A stretch of DNA of 62,956 nucleotides, the filler included. It is 3 parts of 3 records of this genome, joined end to end, with 100 filler letters (N's around TTAATTAATTAA, not from the genome) between each part and the next. Parts side by side here need not be neighbours in the genome. Positions count along the whole stretch, not along the records: positions 14,530 to 45,532 come from DRR723986_7996; 2 more parts are not named here. One strand, written 5' to 3'. Position 1 is the first letter of the stretch. Every line of letters starts with the position of its first letter. Positions 31,199 to 41,810 of this stretch are shown piece after piece. A model generated the notes under the pieces. The model saw only the letters and a program-made list of their open reading frames with translations, ran no database searches and was not told where the DNA came from. The position numbers and the translations under genes were made by a program.

Positions 31199-34100
31199 TT
31201 ACTTCATCAGCACCAGGTTTTGGGCTGCGACGGTGTGCCCGTCAATCTTGTAGATCACGCTGTAGACGCCGCTGGGCATGCCTGTGCCGTCCATGCGCAT
31301 CGAATGTCCGCCGGCAGGCAGGATGCCGTCGTGGACCTGTGCTACGCGGTTTCCTGAGACGTCATAGACTTCGATTTGGACCTGAGCACGTTGCTGGAGT
31401 TGGAAGTCCAGCGATGTGAAGTCTGAGAATGGATTTGGGCGTGCGGTGCCAAGGATGATGGCGGGCGCAGCGGGAGCAACGCGGACGGCGCCTTCTTCCA
31501 CACTTACGACTTTGGGCACAACAAATCCAGCGACTTTGTAGATGTTGCCACCGAAGTCTGAGATCCAGAAGGATTTATCCTTTGGATCAAACTCGATGCC
31601 ACGAGCGTTAATTGAGCCTGTGCGGCTGACGAGTTCAAAGCGGCTGATTTCCGCACCAAAGTCATCGAGCTGGAAGGCTACATTAAATGCGGCTTGCAGT
31701 TGGTCGCCTGTAAAGTCAGTCGAAGCCTGATAGAGGACGCGTTCTTCGGGATCGAAGCAGAGTCCCCGCGGGCCAAAACGTCGCTCAAAGGGATTACTAG
31801 CCTGGGAGATGATCGACTGGTCTTCGAGGTTGAAGTAGTACAAGTCACGCGTATTACGGTCGGCAATCACGATTGTGCTGTTGCCAACCCATGCCAGTCC
31901 GATTGGATAGGCTTTGGCGCGTGAGAGGTATTTGTTGAGTTCATTGGCCTGGAAGTCCAGCTGATAAATCCAACCACCGTCACCGCTGGTGGAATTCATG
32001 CGATGGACGTAGATGTGCTTGTTTTCGCGGTCGATTGTCAGGTCGGTAAAGAGGCTGTCGCCCTCCGGCATTTCAAAGGACTGCTCGATGATCAGCGTCT
32101 CGGCATTGAGTCTGTAAAGGCGTTTGCCATAGAAGCTGGTGGTCCACAGGCCGCCGTCACCATCATAGGCAATACCGTAAGGCACGTGGCCAACACTTTC
32201 CTGCTGAACAACGGCGCCTGTTACCAGCTCGTTGATGCTGAAGGTGTTGGTTACCAACTGCTGTGATGCGTCGTTGACGTTGGTGACGCGGATGCGCGCA
32301 CGAACGGTCAGAACCTGAGGCACGATCCATTCAACTGCATTGCCGTCTACCGATTGGGAGAGTTCTGACCAGTTGGCACCGTCGTCGTGCGAGAATTCAA
32401 CACGAACCGGACCATCAAAACCGAACCAGGAGATGACCTGCTTTGAAGAAGGCGTGTAGAGCTCACCGCCGGCAGGCGAAGTGATTGAATGCTCATCTAC
32501 GGCTTCGGTAGGCAGTGCCACTTCCCAAACTGAACGGCCGTGTGTACCGGCGCGCAGGATGTTTGCATCGGTATAGATTTCAAGGTCAACTACGGGTGAG
32601 CGCGGCAGGTTGCTTCCGAATGGGAACCAGGTGCCGCCGCCGTCATAGCTGGCGTAAACGCCGATATCTGTACCCACATACAGCGTGTTGCCGTTGTTGG
32701 GGTCAATTTCAATACTGTTCGTAGGAATATCAGGCAGCGTTTGGCTGATGTCTGTCCAGGTTTGGCCGTAGTCGTTAGTGCGGAACACGTGTCCGGAGCC
32801 ATAGCCGGAGAATGTGATATACGCAACCGCTTCATCGGTGTAGCTGGTTTGAATGTCAGTTACAAAGCGATTTACCAGGCCATTGTTGTTGACCTGTTCC
32901 CAGCTCTCACCCAGGTCGCGTGTCACGTAGACGTCGCCAACTTCAGTACCGAAGTAGATAACGTCGGAAGTAACACGGGAAGGGAAGATGGCTGTGATGT
33001 CAACCTGATCGCGCAGTTCTGGGAAGTCCGGCGAAAGCGGCTCCCAGAGCTGTCCCTGGTCAAAGCTGATATAGATGATATTACGGCCGTGATAGAGGAT
33101 ATCCGGCTCAGTTGGGTCGGCAACGATGGGGCAAACCCAGTATCCACGTACGGACTGATCAATACCGTTGTTGATGCTAAATACTCGGCCGCGGTCCAGG
33201 TCAACGCGCAGCAATTGGCCACTGGCAAGATCCTGGCTGTACACGAGATTTGGATTGATGCGGTCAACAACTGCACGTCCGCCATCACCGGCGCCAAGCC
33301 GATCCCAGGAAGTGCCGTTCAGCAGGCCACGCAGGTTGTTATCCTGCGTACCACCAAAGGTGTTACCGGTTTGCACCTGGTCAACGCCAATCCCATAGAA
33401 CTGGGTAATGGCAAGGTTGTTATTCAGATTTGAATATGTACGTCCAGCGTCAACGCTGGAAAAAATACCGCCATCATTGGCGATATAAACTTTGTCTGGT
33501 TGTGACGGAGAAAACATTGCGAAGTGGTTATCCACGTGCACAAAATCGCCGCCAACTAGTGGGCCACCGGAGTAGCCACGCGTCATATTGAGCCAGGTTC
33601 CGCCACCGTTCTCTGTACGCCAGACGTCAATGCCTCCGGCCAGAACAATATCTGGATTCGTGGGGTGAACGGTAATGTACTGGTTGTACCAGCCTTGCTC
33701 ACCGAAGAATGGGTAATCCGTGGAGCCGTCCGGCTGGCGGTTACCCCGGTCTTTATAGATTTGTGTCCAGGTGCTGCCTGCATCCAGCGACTTGAAGATT
33801 TCTGCATGGGGTACGTCAACGAAGTTACCGCCTGTGCGTTCCTGCGTTGAAGTATCAACTTCCATGATCGTATAAATGATGGCCGGGCTGGACGGTGACT
33901 GTGCGAGGGACATACGGCCAATTGCATTGGCGGGCAGTCCATCCAGAAAGTCACGAACTTCCCACGTCTTGCCACCATCATTTGTAGCGTAAATTCCATC
34001 ATCGTTGACACCAATCAGGAAGACGTCGGCACTCAGTGGGTTGAGCGTCATGTCGGAGACGGCGCGATCGAAGATGCGTTCCCAGGTTTCACCGGCATCA

Positions 34101-34840
34101 AGTGAGCGGTAGAGGCCGCCACCGTTTTTGGTAGCTGCGGCGTAGACCAGGTCGGAATTAGTTGGGTGTACGAAGATGCGCGAGAACGCGCCGACGCCCG
34201 TGAGTCCCATTGGTTGCCAGGTGGCTCCGGCATCCGTGGTTTTGTAAATACCGTTGCCGAAGTAGGCATCAATATTTGTGCTCATTTCCCCGGTACCGGC
34301 GTAAATCACGTCGGGATTGTTGGGGTCCATTCCGAGCGTTCCGAATGCCAGCACGTTTTCAAAGTCGAAGATTGGCGTCCATGTATCACCGCCGTCTTCG
34401 GTTTTCCAGATCCCACCGGCGGCAGCTGCAATGTAAACCAAGTCGGCGTTTTGCGGATGGACGGCGATGCCGCGAATCCGGCCACCAACTCTGAATGGTC
34501 CGATACAGGTCCACTCTGGTTGCTCTCCAAGCACTTCGTCTCCGCCGAGCTTGCTTACCATGGCGCGTTCCTGCGCGATGGCATTAAAGATGCCTTTGCG
34601 TGGAATGCGCTGGAATGGGTACGAGCGCTGCGTATAAAATGAGAGTTCGCGGGCTTTGGGTTTTACATCCGGTAAAGCACGGTAGTGGGCCAGTACCTGA
34701 TCATCAGCAGTTTTGTCTTGGCCTACTGTTGGGGTCAAACCCACAAACAGCAGGGCACAGATAAAGCTCAGGGAAAAATTGAGCATGTAACGAATTTGCA
34801 TGGGGCGTCCCATCGATTTTTGCGGTTCAAACGTGAACAT
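31199..34840 (-). CDS. T9SS-secreted BNR/VPS10-like beta-propeller protein
   Basis: Many (S/T)xDxGxTW Asp-boxes, GGTQDN, a second propeller and a CTD RPNPF...PSGVY; start uncertain (34786-34840). Confidence 0.85.
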   Translation of the reverse strand: MFTFEPQKSMGRPMQIRYMLNFSLSFICALLFVGLTPTVGQDKTADDQVLAHYRALPDVKPKARELSFYTQRSYPFQRIPRKGIFNAIAQERAMVSKLGGDEVLGEQPEWTCIGPFRVGGRIRGIAVHPQNADLVYIAAAAGGIWKTEDGGDTWTPIFDFENVLAFGTLGMDPNNPDVIYAGTGEMSTNIDAYFGNGIYKTTDAGATWQPMGLTGVGAFSRIFVHPTNSDLVYAAATKNGGGLYRSLDAGETWERIFDRAVSDMTLNPLSADVFLIGVNDDGIYATNDGGKTWEVRDFLDGLPANAIGRMSLAQSPSSPAIIYTIMEVDTSTQERTGGNFVDVPHAEIFKSLDAGSTWTQIYKDRGNRQPDGSTDYPFFGEQGWYNQYITVHPTNPDIVLAGGIDVWRTENGGGTWLNMTRGYSGGPLVGGDFVHVDNHFAMFSPSQPDKVYIANDGGIFSSVDAGRTYSNLNNNLAITQFYGIGVDQVQTGNTFGGTQDNNLRGLLNGTSWDRLGAGDGGRAVVDRINPNLVYSQDLASGQLLRVDLDRGRVFSINNGIDQSVRGYWVCPIVADPTEPDILYHGRNIIYISFDQGQLWEPLSPDFPELRDQVDITAIFPSRVTSDVIYFGTEVGDVYVTRDLGESWEQVNNNGLVNRFVTDIQTSYTDEAVAYITFSGYGSGHVFRTNDYGQTWTDISQTLPDIPTNSIEIDPNNGNTLYVGTDIGVYASYDGGGTWFPFGSNLPRSPVVDLEIYTDANILRAGTHGRSVWEVALPTEAVDEHSITSPAGGELYTPSSKQVISWFGFDGPVRVEFSHDDGANWSELSQSVDGNAVEWIVPQVLTVRARIRVTNVNDASQQLVTNTFSINELVTGAVVQQESVGHVPYGIAYDGDGGLWTTSFYGKRLYRLNAETLIIEQSFEMPEGDSLFTDLTIDRENKHIYVHRMNSTSGDGGWIYQLDFQANELNKYLSRAKAYPIGLAWVGNSTIVIADRNTRDLYYFNLEDQSIISQASNPFERRFGPRGLCFDPEERVLYQASTDFTGDQLQAAFNVAFQLDDFGAEISRFELVSRTGSINARGIEFDPKDKSFWISDFGGNIYKVAGFVVPKVVSVEEGAVRVAPAAPAIILGTARPNPFSDFTSLDFQLQQRAQVQIEVYDVSGNRVAQVHDGILPAGGHSMRMDGTGMPSGVYSVIYKIDGHTVAAQNLVLMK

Positions 34841-35195
34841 GGTCGCCGCTTTGGGGAACGGCTGGAAAAACGAATTGGAATGGAAGGAATCGTGTAGCCT
34901 GATTGCCCGGTGTTCGCATGCGAACACCGGTGTTGTAACCCAATATACCCAAATCATGGCGACAGTTTCAAGAATCCGGGCGCCAAATGATGTAGAATTG
35001 ACTGGTAACAGGCTGGATGGTTACATCAACTAATTGTCTATCGACGAAATTGCCATGACCAGCTCTGCTGCCGTGGTGAGCAACAAGCGACTGTGAATGT
35101 CGGTTCCTGCCCGCATTGGAACACGCATCTTTAAAGCACATGCCGTGAAGTGGTATGTGCAAAAGCTGTCTGGTGTCAGGCAGAAAGACTTGATG

Positions 35196-36758
35196 TTATT
35201 GCAAACGCGTCAGGTCGCGGTCAATCTGAAAGTCGAGCCATTCTTTAAAGTCGTACTCATCATACACCTGTGAACGGTCCAGATAAACACGATGGCTTTT
35301 CATATCGCCCATTTCATAATATACCTGTGACAGGCGGAAATAGGCCCAGGGAATCAGCCAGAGCTCGGTTGGCGGTTGCAGGTCAATCACCTGCTTATAG
35401 TATTTAAGTGACTCAGGAAACTTTTTGGTGTGGCGCAGTGCTTCACCGACGAAATAGGACGCTTCAGCGCGCTGATCGGCATTGGCTGATGTGTTTGCGG
35501 CAATTGGCTTCAGCACTTCGATGCCGCGTGCGAATTTGTGGGCTTCAACGTCGTTGCCGCCCAGGATGACGGTTTTTTCGATTTGGCTCAGTGCTGTTTT
35601 TTTGTAGATCGCGGACTTGCGCTTGGCGTAATGATCTTCGGGCGTTACTGAGCGGAGTGCCGCTGAGCGCTCAAAGGCCTTGACGGCGTTATCGCGATCA
35701 TCCTGCATTTCATAGGCGATGCCGAGCCGATAGTAGGCCAGGCAGCGCATCGTTTTGTCGGGAACAATTTTCAGAAAGCGCTGCATGCCGCGCTTAGTTT
35801 CAGTGAAGTTATTCAGGCGATACTGCGCTTCTGCGCGGCGCATGTTGGCGTAACCAGTAAAGTAAGTGAAGTCCTGATTGTCCAGTTCTATGATCTGATC
35901 GAAATACCAGATAGCGCCTTCAAGTTTGCGAAGTTCACCTTCCACGTTGCCCATGGAGTAGAGGATCGGCACGTTGTTGGGGTATTCTACGAGCAGGTCT
36001 TTGAGCAGCTTGACGCCTTTATCGTAATCATTTTTGAAGTAGACATAGAGCAGGGACAGGGCAAATCGCGCGTCATTGCGTGCATACACGGATTTGTTGG
36101 CTGCCGTTTGGAGCTGGCGCAGGCCGACTTCGCGGTTGCCATTCAGTCCCACGAGGTTCATGACGGTGCGCGCACTGGGTGGGAGCGAGCCCAGGGCAAA
36201 CTGGAAAATGCCCATGCCCAGGTACGCTTCGTACTCGTCCGGATATTCTTCTATCAGGTCGCCCAGATATTTGTAACAGGAGCGCACATCCCAGGATGCA
36301 GTCAGGAAGTTTTCGGCTGTAATGTTTGCCAGGGCACGGTATCCGTACGTTCCGCCAATCAGCACACGCGCAAACGAGTCATCTGGATTGTCGTCCAGGT
36401 AGTCTTCACCAACCTCAATGGTGCGCTCGCTTTCGCTCATGTATGAAGCGAAGTCGCGGTCGTCCTTGTTGAACAGGTACTTCCAGAGGTAGACGTTGGC
36501 GCGGAAGAAGTAGCCCGTCGGATCTTTAGGATCGGCATTCACAACTTCAGTGAATTTTGCGATAGAGCCGTCCACGCGCATCGAAAAGAGCGAATCCAGT
36601 CCGTCAAGAATCTGATCGTGAAACTGCGGACGCGGGGAATTGTCCCTGGAGCTCTGTGCTGATGTCTGTGAAGTCTGTGCCTGCGATTGTGCGGAAAACA
36701 GCAGCAGGACGGCGAGTACAAGAGCTGAGCGGAGTAAACTTTTGCGGACTCGAACCAT
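35196..36758 (-). CDS. Secreted tetratricopeptide-repeat protein
   Basis: Signal peptide plus repeated TPR-like helices (AYYRLGIAYE, AYFRLSQVYY). Confidence 0.8.
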   Translation of the reverse strand: MVRVRKSLLRSALVLAVLLLFSAQSQAQTSQTSAQSSRDNSPRPQFHDQILDGLDSLFSMRVDGSIAKFTEVVNADPKDPTGYFFRANVYLWKYLFNKDDRDFASYMSESERTIEVGEDYLDDNPDDSFARVLIGGTYGYRALANITAENFLTASWDVRSCYKYLGDLIEEYPDEYEAYLGMGIFQFALGSLPPSARTVMNLVGLNGNREVGLRQLQTAANKSVYARNDARFALSLLYVYFKNDYDKGVKLLKDLLVEYPNNVPILYSMGNVEGELRKLEGAIWYFDQIIELDNQDFTYFTGYANMRRAEAQYRLNNFTETKRGMQRFLKIVPDKTMRCLAYYRLGIAYEMQDDRDNAVKAFERSAALRSVTPEDHYAKRKSAIYKKTALSQIEKTVILGGNDVEAHKFARGIEVLKPIAANTSANADQRAEASYFVGEALRHTKKFPESLKYYKQVIDLQPPTELWLIPWAYFRLSQVYYEMGDMKSHRVYLDRSQVYDEYDFKEWLDFQIDRDLTRLQ

Positions 36759-36902
36759 AGGATTTTGCGGAAATCGGAGATAGTATGCCGGGGAGCTAAT
36801 TCGCTTGCTAGTAACGTATTGCCACGTGGGATAGTGAGACGCAGCACAGCTTTTTGTTGCGCTAACTCACTGAACCGTCAAAAACGACGAGCCGAAAGAC
36901 CA

Positions 36903-38153
36903 TCATTCGTAGCGGAGTGCATCGATCGGGTCCAGCGCCGATGCGCGAATAGCGGGGTAGAGGCCAAAGACCAAACCTATCAAGGTACAGAAGCCGACAC
37001 TGTAGACTGAATTCATGACCGGTAGACTCGGCGCCAAACCAAGGTCACCCCCAAAAGCTGCCAGCAGCGAACCTACCAGCAACAATGCCAGACCAATGCC
37101 GATGGCAGCGCCCAGTTGACAAAGCGCAACGGCCTCGATCAGGAACTGCCACAGAATTGACGAACGGCGCGCTCCCAAAGCTTTACGTACACCAATCTCA
37201 CGCGTGCGTTCGCGCACGCTGACTAACATGATATTCATAATGCCGATTCCGGCGACGGCGAGGGCCAGGAGGGCGGAGAAAATGCCGAAGTATGTAGCGG
37301 CTGTAATCAACTCTGAAAATTGCCTGGTGAGGGATTCATTCGATTGAATCTCAAAATTGTTCTCTTCGCCGGGGTCCAGATTACGCAGCACACGCATGCT
37401 GCCGATCGCTTCATCAATTACAAACGGCAATTGTTCAAAGCTGTGCGCGCTCACCATCAAATCAACTGAGGTATAACGATCGTTGGCCAGCCGACTGATG
37501 TAGAGCGAGACCGGGATCATCACAACGTTGTCGGGGCTGTCATTCTGCAGCGCTCCCTGTGACTTGAGGATCCCGACAATCACAAACTTGCGTCCACTGA
37601 TCGAAATTTCCTGTTGCAAGGGTGAGGTGAACGGAAACAAGCGCTCGGCTACGTCCTGGCCAATTACAACGACAGGACGGTTAAATGTGACGTCTTCATC
37701 TGAAATGAAACGGCCGGTTTCTATATCGCGGTTGGAACATAGAATGTAGTCGGCATCTACGCCGTAGACGCGCACGTTGGGATTGGTTTTGATGCTGCCA
37801 CGTGAGATGCGGAAGCCGGAGCGCGAGTCACTGATGCTGACGGCTGCAGCCGAGCCAATCATTGTTTCTTTGAAGTTGCGCGCCATTTTGTAGGTGATTT
37901 CCGGGCGGCCAATATCTGTGCGGCGGCGTCCCGGGCCACGCGCGCGCATTGGGTTTGACCTGTCGATCAGGAACGTGTTCTGCCCCAACTCAGCCATTTC
38001 TGTGCTCAGCGAAGTCTCAAAGGCAGTAGTCACCATTGAGATGGCAATAATGGCGCCCACACCGATTGCCAGGCTCAGTAGCGTCAATGAGGAGCGCAGT
38101 TTTTGCGCCCATACGGCGCCGAAGGCCTGTTTGATGTATTCGAGAAACAGCAT
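36903..38153 (-). CDS. MacB/FtsX-type ABC permease
   Basis: GIGIMNIMLVSVRERTREIGVRKALGA and LDPIDALRYE. Confidence 0.92.
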   Translation of the reverse strand: MLFLEYIKQAFGAVWAQKLRSSLTLLSLAIGVGAIIAISMVTTAFETSLSTEMAELGQNTFLIDRSNPMRARGPGRRRTDIGRPEITYKMARNFKETMIGSAAAVSISDSRSGFRISRGSIKTNPNVRVYGVDADYILCSNRDIETGRFISDEDVTFNRPVVVIGQDVAERLFPFTSPLQQEISISGRKFVIVGILKSQGALQNDSPDNVVMIPVSLYISRLANDRYTSVDLMVSAHSFEQLPFVIDEAIGSMRVLRNLDPGEENNFEIQSNESLTRQFSELITAATYFGIFSALLALAVAGIGIMNIMLVSVRERTREIGVRKALGARRSSILWQFLIEAVALCQLGAAIGIGLALLLVGSLLAAFGGDLGLAPSLPVMNSVYSVGFCTLIGLVFGLYPAIRASALDPIDALRYE

Positions 38154-38261
38154 GTATACTTCCAAAAATTTGCTGGGGAGACTTCTGCCACATCAGGCAT
38201 GAATCGTCGGATCCTGATTCGGACCAGTCACCGTACCAGTTGCCAGGTTTGCCCGCGCGCA

Positions 38262-39527
38262 TTATTCGCTGCGCAGAGCTTCGACCGGATCTAGAAACGC
38301 GCCGCGGAATGCGGGTAAAATTCCAGCCAAAACTCCCACGAGGATTGCCGCGACGGTGGCATAGGCCAGGAAGTCGGCCGGCAAGGTTGCAGGAAAGTCT
38401 TTCAGGAAGTCGAGGGCGTCAACTCCCTGGATGCTTAGGTTACGCGCCACGAAGATGCTGAGCCAGGCGAGCACAAATGAGATGAATGCTCCGATAACGG
38501 AAAGTGAGGCGGATTCCACAAGGAATTGGAACAGGATACTTCGTCGCCGGGCTCCGACGGCTTTGCGGATGCCAATCTCTTTTGTGCGTTCGGTCACAGA
38601 GACAAACATGATATTCATGATTCCGATGGCGCCAACGATGCATGATATGATTGTGACGCTGATGCCGACGGTAAACAGTGTGCCGTTGATCGTCTGCAGC
38701 ATTTCCTCAAAGACTTTGATTTCATTGATCGAAAAGTCATCCTTTTCGGTGGGCGGCACGTTGCGAATTTGGCGCATCTGTCCGATTGTTTCCAGGCGCA
38801 GGTCCTCAAGCAAGTCGGCGTTGATGGCTTTGATCGATACGGTGATCGAACGCGTGCCCATTCCAAATACGCTTACGAAGGTCTTGAGCGGCAGGAAAAT
38901 TTCGTTGTCCATCATATCCGCGCCGAGCATCGCGCGCGCTTCCAGAACCCCAATGACTTCAAAGTCGCGACCTTTGACGGTGACGCTGCGGCCAACCGGA
39001 TTCTCGTCACCAAACAGTTCTTCTGCTACCAGAGAACCAAGTGTAACAACGTTAAAGCCGAACTGGTCATCCGCAGGAGTGTGAAACCGTCCGTATCTAA
39101 GCCCGGGAAGCGCAATTGAGGCGTTGGCGGAATATGTGGCGCTGACCATCACATTCTCGAGTTCTTTTTCGTCCGTTTTGACAAGGGCTGTGTGGCGCAC
39201 AAAGGGCGTCGCAGCATCGGCATAACGCAGGCGTTCGATCAACTTTTCGGCCTGGCCCAGAGTGATGTTTTTACGTCCACGCGCCTCACGCCAGTCGGTT
39301 TTACCACTCCAGTCGTACTTATCAACGTAAATGACATCCGCGCCCAGCTGTCCCACCAGTTTGCGGAATACGCCGTCGAGCCCGTCAACCAGCCAGCCCG
39401 TGAGCACGACGGTGGTAACGCCGATGATTACACCCAGAGTTGTTAAAATAGAGCGCATCAAATTGGCGCGCAATGCGCCGAGAGCGATGCGAATGCCCTC
39501 TATTATTTCTATCAGGAATAGTTTCAT
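38262..39527 (-). CDS. MacB/FtsX-type ABC permease (paralog)
   Basis: GIMNIMFVSVTERTKEIGIRKAVGA and LDPVEALRSE. Confidence 0.92.
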   Translation of the reverse strand: MKLFLIEIIEGIRIALGALRANLMRSILTTLGVIIGVTTVVLTGWLVDGLDGVFRKLVGQLGADVIYVDKYDWSGKTDWREARGRKNITLGQAEKLIERLRYADAATPFVRHTALVKTDEKELENVMVSATYSANASIALPGLRYGRFHTPADDQFGFNVVTLGSLVAEELFGDENPVGRSVTVKGRDFEVIGVLEARAMLGADMMDNEIFLPLKTFVSVFGMGTRSITVSIKAINADLLEDLRLETIGQMRQIRNVPPTEKDDFSINEIKVFEEMLQTINGTLFTVGISVTIISCIVGAIGIMNIMFVSVTERTKEIGIRKAVGARRRSILFQFLVESASLSVIGAFISFVLAWLSIFVARNLSIQGVDALDFLKDFPATLPADFLAYATVAAILVGVLAGILPAFRGAFLDPVEALRSE

Positions 39528-39545
39528 GTTTGGCTGCCGTCCAGA

Positions 39546-40253
39546 TTAGTTGGCGGTCGCTTGGGGTTTGTTGACCAGGTCGGACTCCACCAGGCCGTCA
39601 CGAACACGAATAATCCGGTGAGCTTTTTCAGCTACTTCGGGTTCGTGTGTGACCAGGATGACAGTGTTGCCGTTTTGCCAGAGTTCCTGAAACAGGCCCA
39701 TGATTTCATCACCTGTTTTTGTGTCGAGGTTTCCAGTTGGCTCATCAGCGAGGATGATGGACGGTTTGGTTACCAGGGCACGGGCAATCGCTACACGTTG
39801 GCGCTGGCCACCGGAAAGCTCATTGGGCTTGTGGTCCATACGGTCTGCCAGGCCAACCCTGGTAAGTGATTCCTCGGCGCGTTCGCGGCGCTTGGAGGCA
39901 CTCAAACCGGCGTAGACCAGCGGCAGTTCAACATTTTTCAGTGCGGAATAGCGCGGCAGCAGATTAAACGTCTGGAAGACAAAGCCAATTTCGCGGTTGC
40001 GGATGTCTGCCAGGCTGGAGTCGGCCATGCGACCAACGTCAACGTTGTTAAACAGGTATTGCCCCTTGCTGGGCGTATCCAGGCATCCGATGATGTTCAT
40101 CAGAGTGGATTTGCCACTGCCGGACGGCCCCATAATGGCTACGTATTCGTTTGCGTTTATCTGCAGTGAGACGTCGCGCAGCGCAAATACAGTCTCCGCT
40201 CCCATATGGTACGCGCGCTGGACCTTCTTTATGTCGATGATTGTTTTGGCCAT
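39546..40253 (-). CDS. MacB/LolD-type ABC ATP-binding protein
   Basis: [28 protein letters not shown] and VTH. Confidence 0.95.
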   Translation of the reverse strand: MAKTIIDIKKVQRAYHMGAETVFALRDVSLQINANEYVAIMGPSGSGKSTLMNIIGCLDTPSKGQYLFNNVDVGRMADSSLADIRNREIGFVFQTFNLLPRYSALKNVELPLVYAGLSASKRRERAEESLTRVGLADRMDHKPNELSGGQRQRVAIARALVTKPSIILADEPTGNLDTKTGDEIMGLFQELWQNGNTVILVTHEPEVAEKAHRIIRVRDGLVESDLVNKPQATAN

Positions 40254-40380
40254 GGTCGTCATTTTTTCAGTGGGAATTCAGTTTGGCATATCGGGCTGTA
40301 TTGCATGTACTGCCCGTTAAACACGTGTAGCAATGCTATCGTATTACACGCGGGCCTACACGGGTGTTCAGGAACGCAGT

Positions 40381-41643
40381 TTAGGGCTTGCCAGACCGGC
40401 GGCCTTTACCGCCTGTGCTGTCGATGCGGACTGACGCGCCGTCAGACAGCTCTTTGGTAATCGCACGGAAACTTCCGGTTACGATTACATCTGATTCTTC
40501 CAGGCCTTCAACAATTTCGATAAAACCGCGATCGCTGATTCCAGTTTTAACATCGCTCACCACAGCAATATCTTCGGTGACCTTAAACACCACAGTTTTA
40601 ACCTTGTTGGCGTTTTCATCAGTAGCGCCGGTGTTAACTGTTTGGTTGCTGGCCGACGGACGTTTGAGTGTAACTGATTGCAGGGGAGCCGCGATCACGT
40701 CGTGCCGTGTTTCTGTTCTGATTTCCGCTGAACAACTCATGCCGGGGCGCAGGCGTGGGTGAGAGTCGAGCATGCGAACCACAACCTGAAAGTTAACAAC
40801 TTCGGACTGTGTGCCCAGGCCGGATGTTAATGCCGTGTTGCCAATTTTGTGCACCACACCTTTAAACGTTGTGTCTGAAAGGGCGTCAATCTCGATGTCG
40901 GTTGTATCACCAACGCTGATCAGGACAACATCATTCTCGTCTACCTTAACCACGGCGTTAATGACACTAAGGTCGGCAATGCGCATCATGACCGTCCCGG
41001 CCATCTGGGCTGTCCCGACCACAGTTTCACCCACGTCCACGTTAAGTGCAGTCACTATGCCGTCGGCAGGTGCGTAGATTTCTGTGCGCTGTGCAGTGAG
41101 TTTCATTTGATCCAGTGAGGCATCCTGGCGGCGCAATTCTTCGCGCGAGACGTCCAGGGCGCTCTGGGCCTGATCCATGCGCGCTTTGGACTGTTCAATT
41201 TCTTCGGCCGAAAGGACCTTGGAGTTAAACAGCTTAAGCATGCGTTCGTAGCTTTGCGTCGCCTGCAACAGTTCAACCTCGGCGCTGTTAATACGCGCTT
41301 TGGCGGCCTGGCTGGCGGCTTGGCTTTGTTCAAGTTGTGACTTCACCAGGTCAGGGCGAATGCGGATTAACAATTGGTTCTTGCGAACTGTGTCACCTTC
41401 ATCTACACCTAGGTAGACAATTTCTCCACTGACTTCCGGCGAGACTTTAACTTCCTGCTCCGGCTCAATTTTACCGGTTACTGATACAGTTTGGGTAATC
41501 GTGCGGCGTGAGACTTCCTGCGCCGTAACTTCAATGCCAGGTTCTTCCTTGGGGCGCATGACGTAAAAGACTGCGATTGCCACAACGGCGAGGAAGAGAA
41601 TGAGGGCGAAAATTTTAGCGCCTGAACTTTTTTTACGAGCCAT
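40381..41643 (-). CDS. MacA-like periplasmic adaptor (membrane fusion protein)
   Basis: N-terminal TM, lipoyl-like VSGEI / APADG halves, coiled coil and LRPGMS. Confidence 0.9.
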   Translation of the reverse strand: MARKKSSGAKIFALILFLAVVAIAVFYVMRPKEEPGIEVTAQEVSRRTITQTVSVTGKIEPEQEVKVSPEVSGEIVYLGVDEGDTVRKNQLLIRIRPDLVKSQLEQSQAASQAAKARINSAEVELLQATQSYERMLKLFNSKVLSAEEIEQSKARMDQAQSALDVSREELRRQDASLDQMKLTAQRTEIYAPADGIVTALNVDVGETVVGTAQMAGTVMMRIADLSVINAVVKVDENDVVLISVGDTTDIEIDALSDTTFKGVVHKIGNTALTSGLGTQSEVVNFQVVVRMLDSHPRLRPGMSCSAEIRTETRHDVIAAPLQSVTLKRPSASNQTVNTGATDENANKVKTVVFKVTEDIAVVSDVKTGISDRGFIEIVEGLEESDVIVTGSFRAITKELSDGASVRIDSTGGKGRRSGKP

Positions 41644-41810
41644 GATTAAGTATTGCTCCGGTTGTTGTCATTAGGAGAGAGCGGGTGCCGATAGTCCAGG
41701 ATTCAGAATCGAATTCCTGAACTGCGGCTCCTGTGCAGCTGATTCACACTGATTGTATGGCGTGAGTTTCCCGGCTGCGTTCCGGTATTGAGTGAAGTCT
41801 GCGCCAGAGC

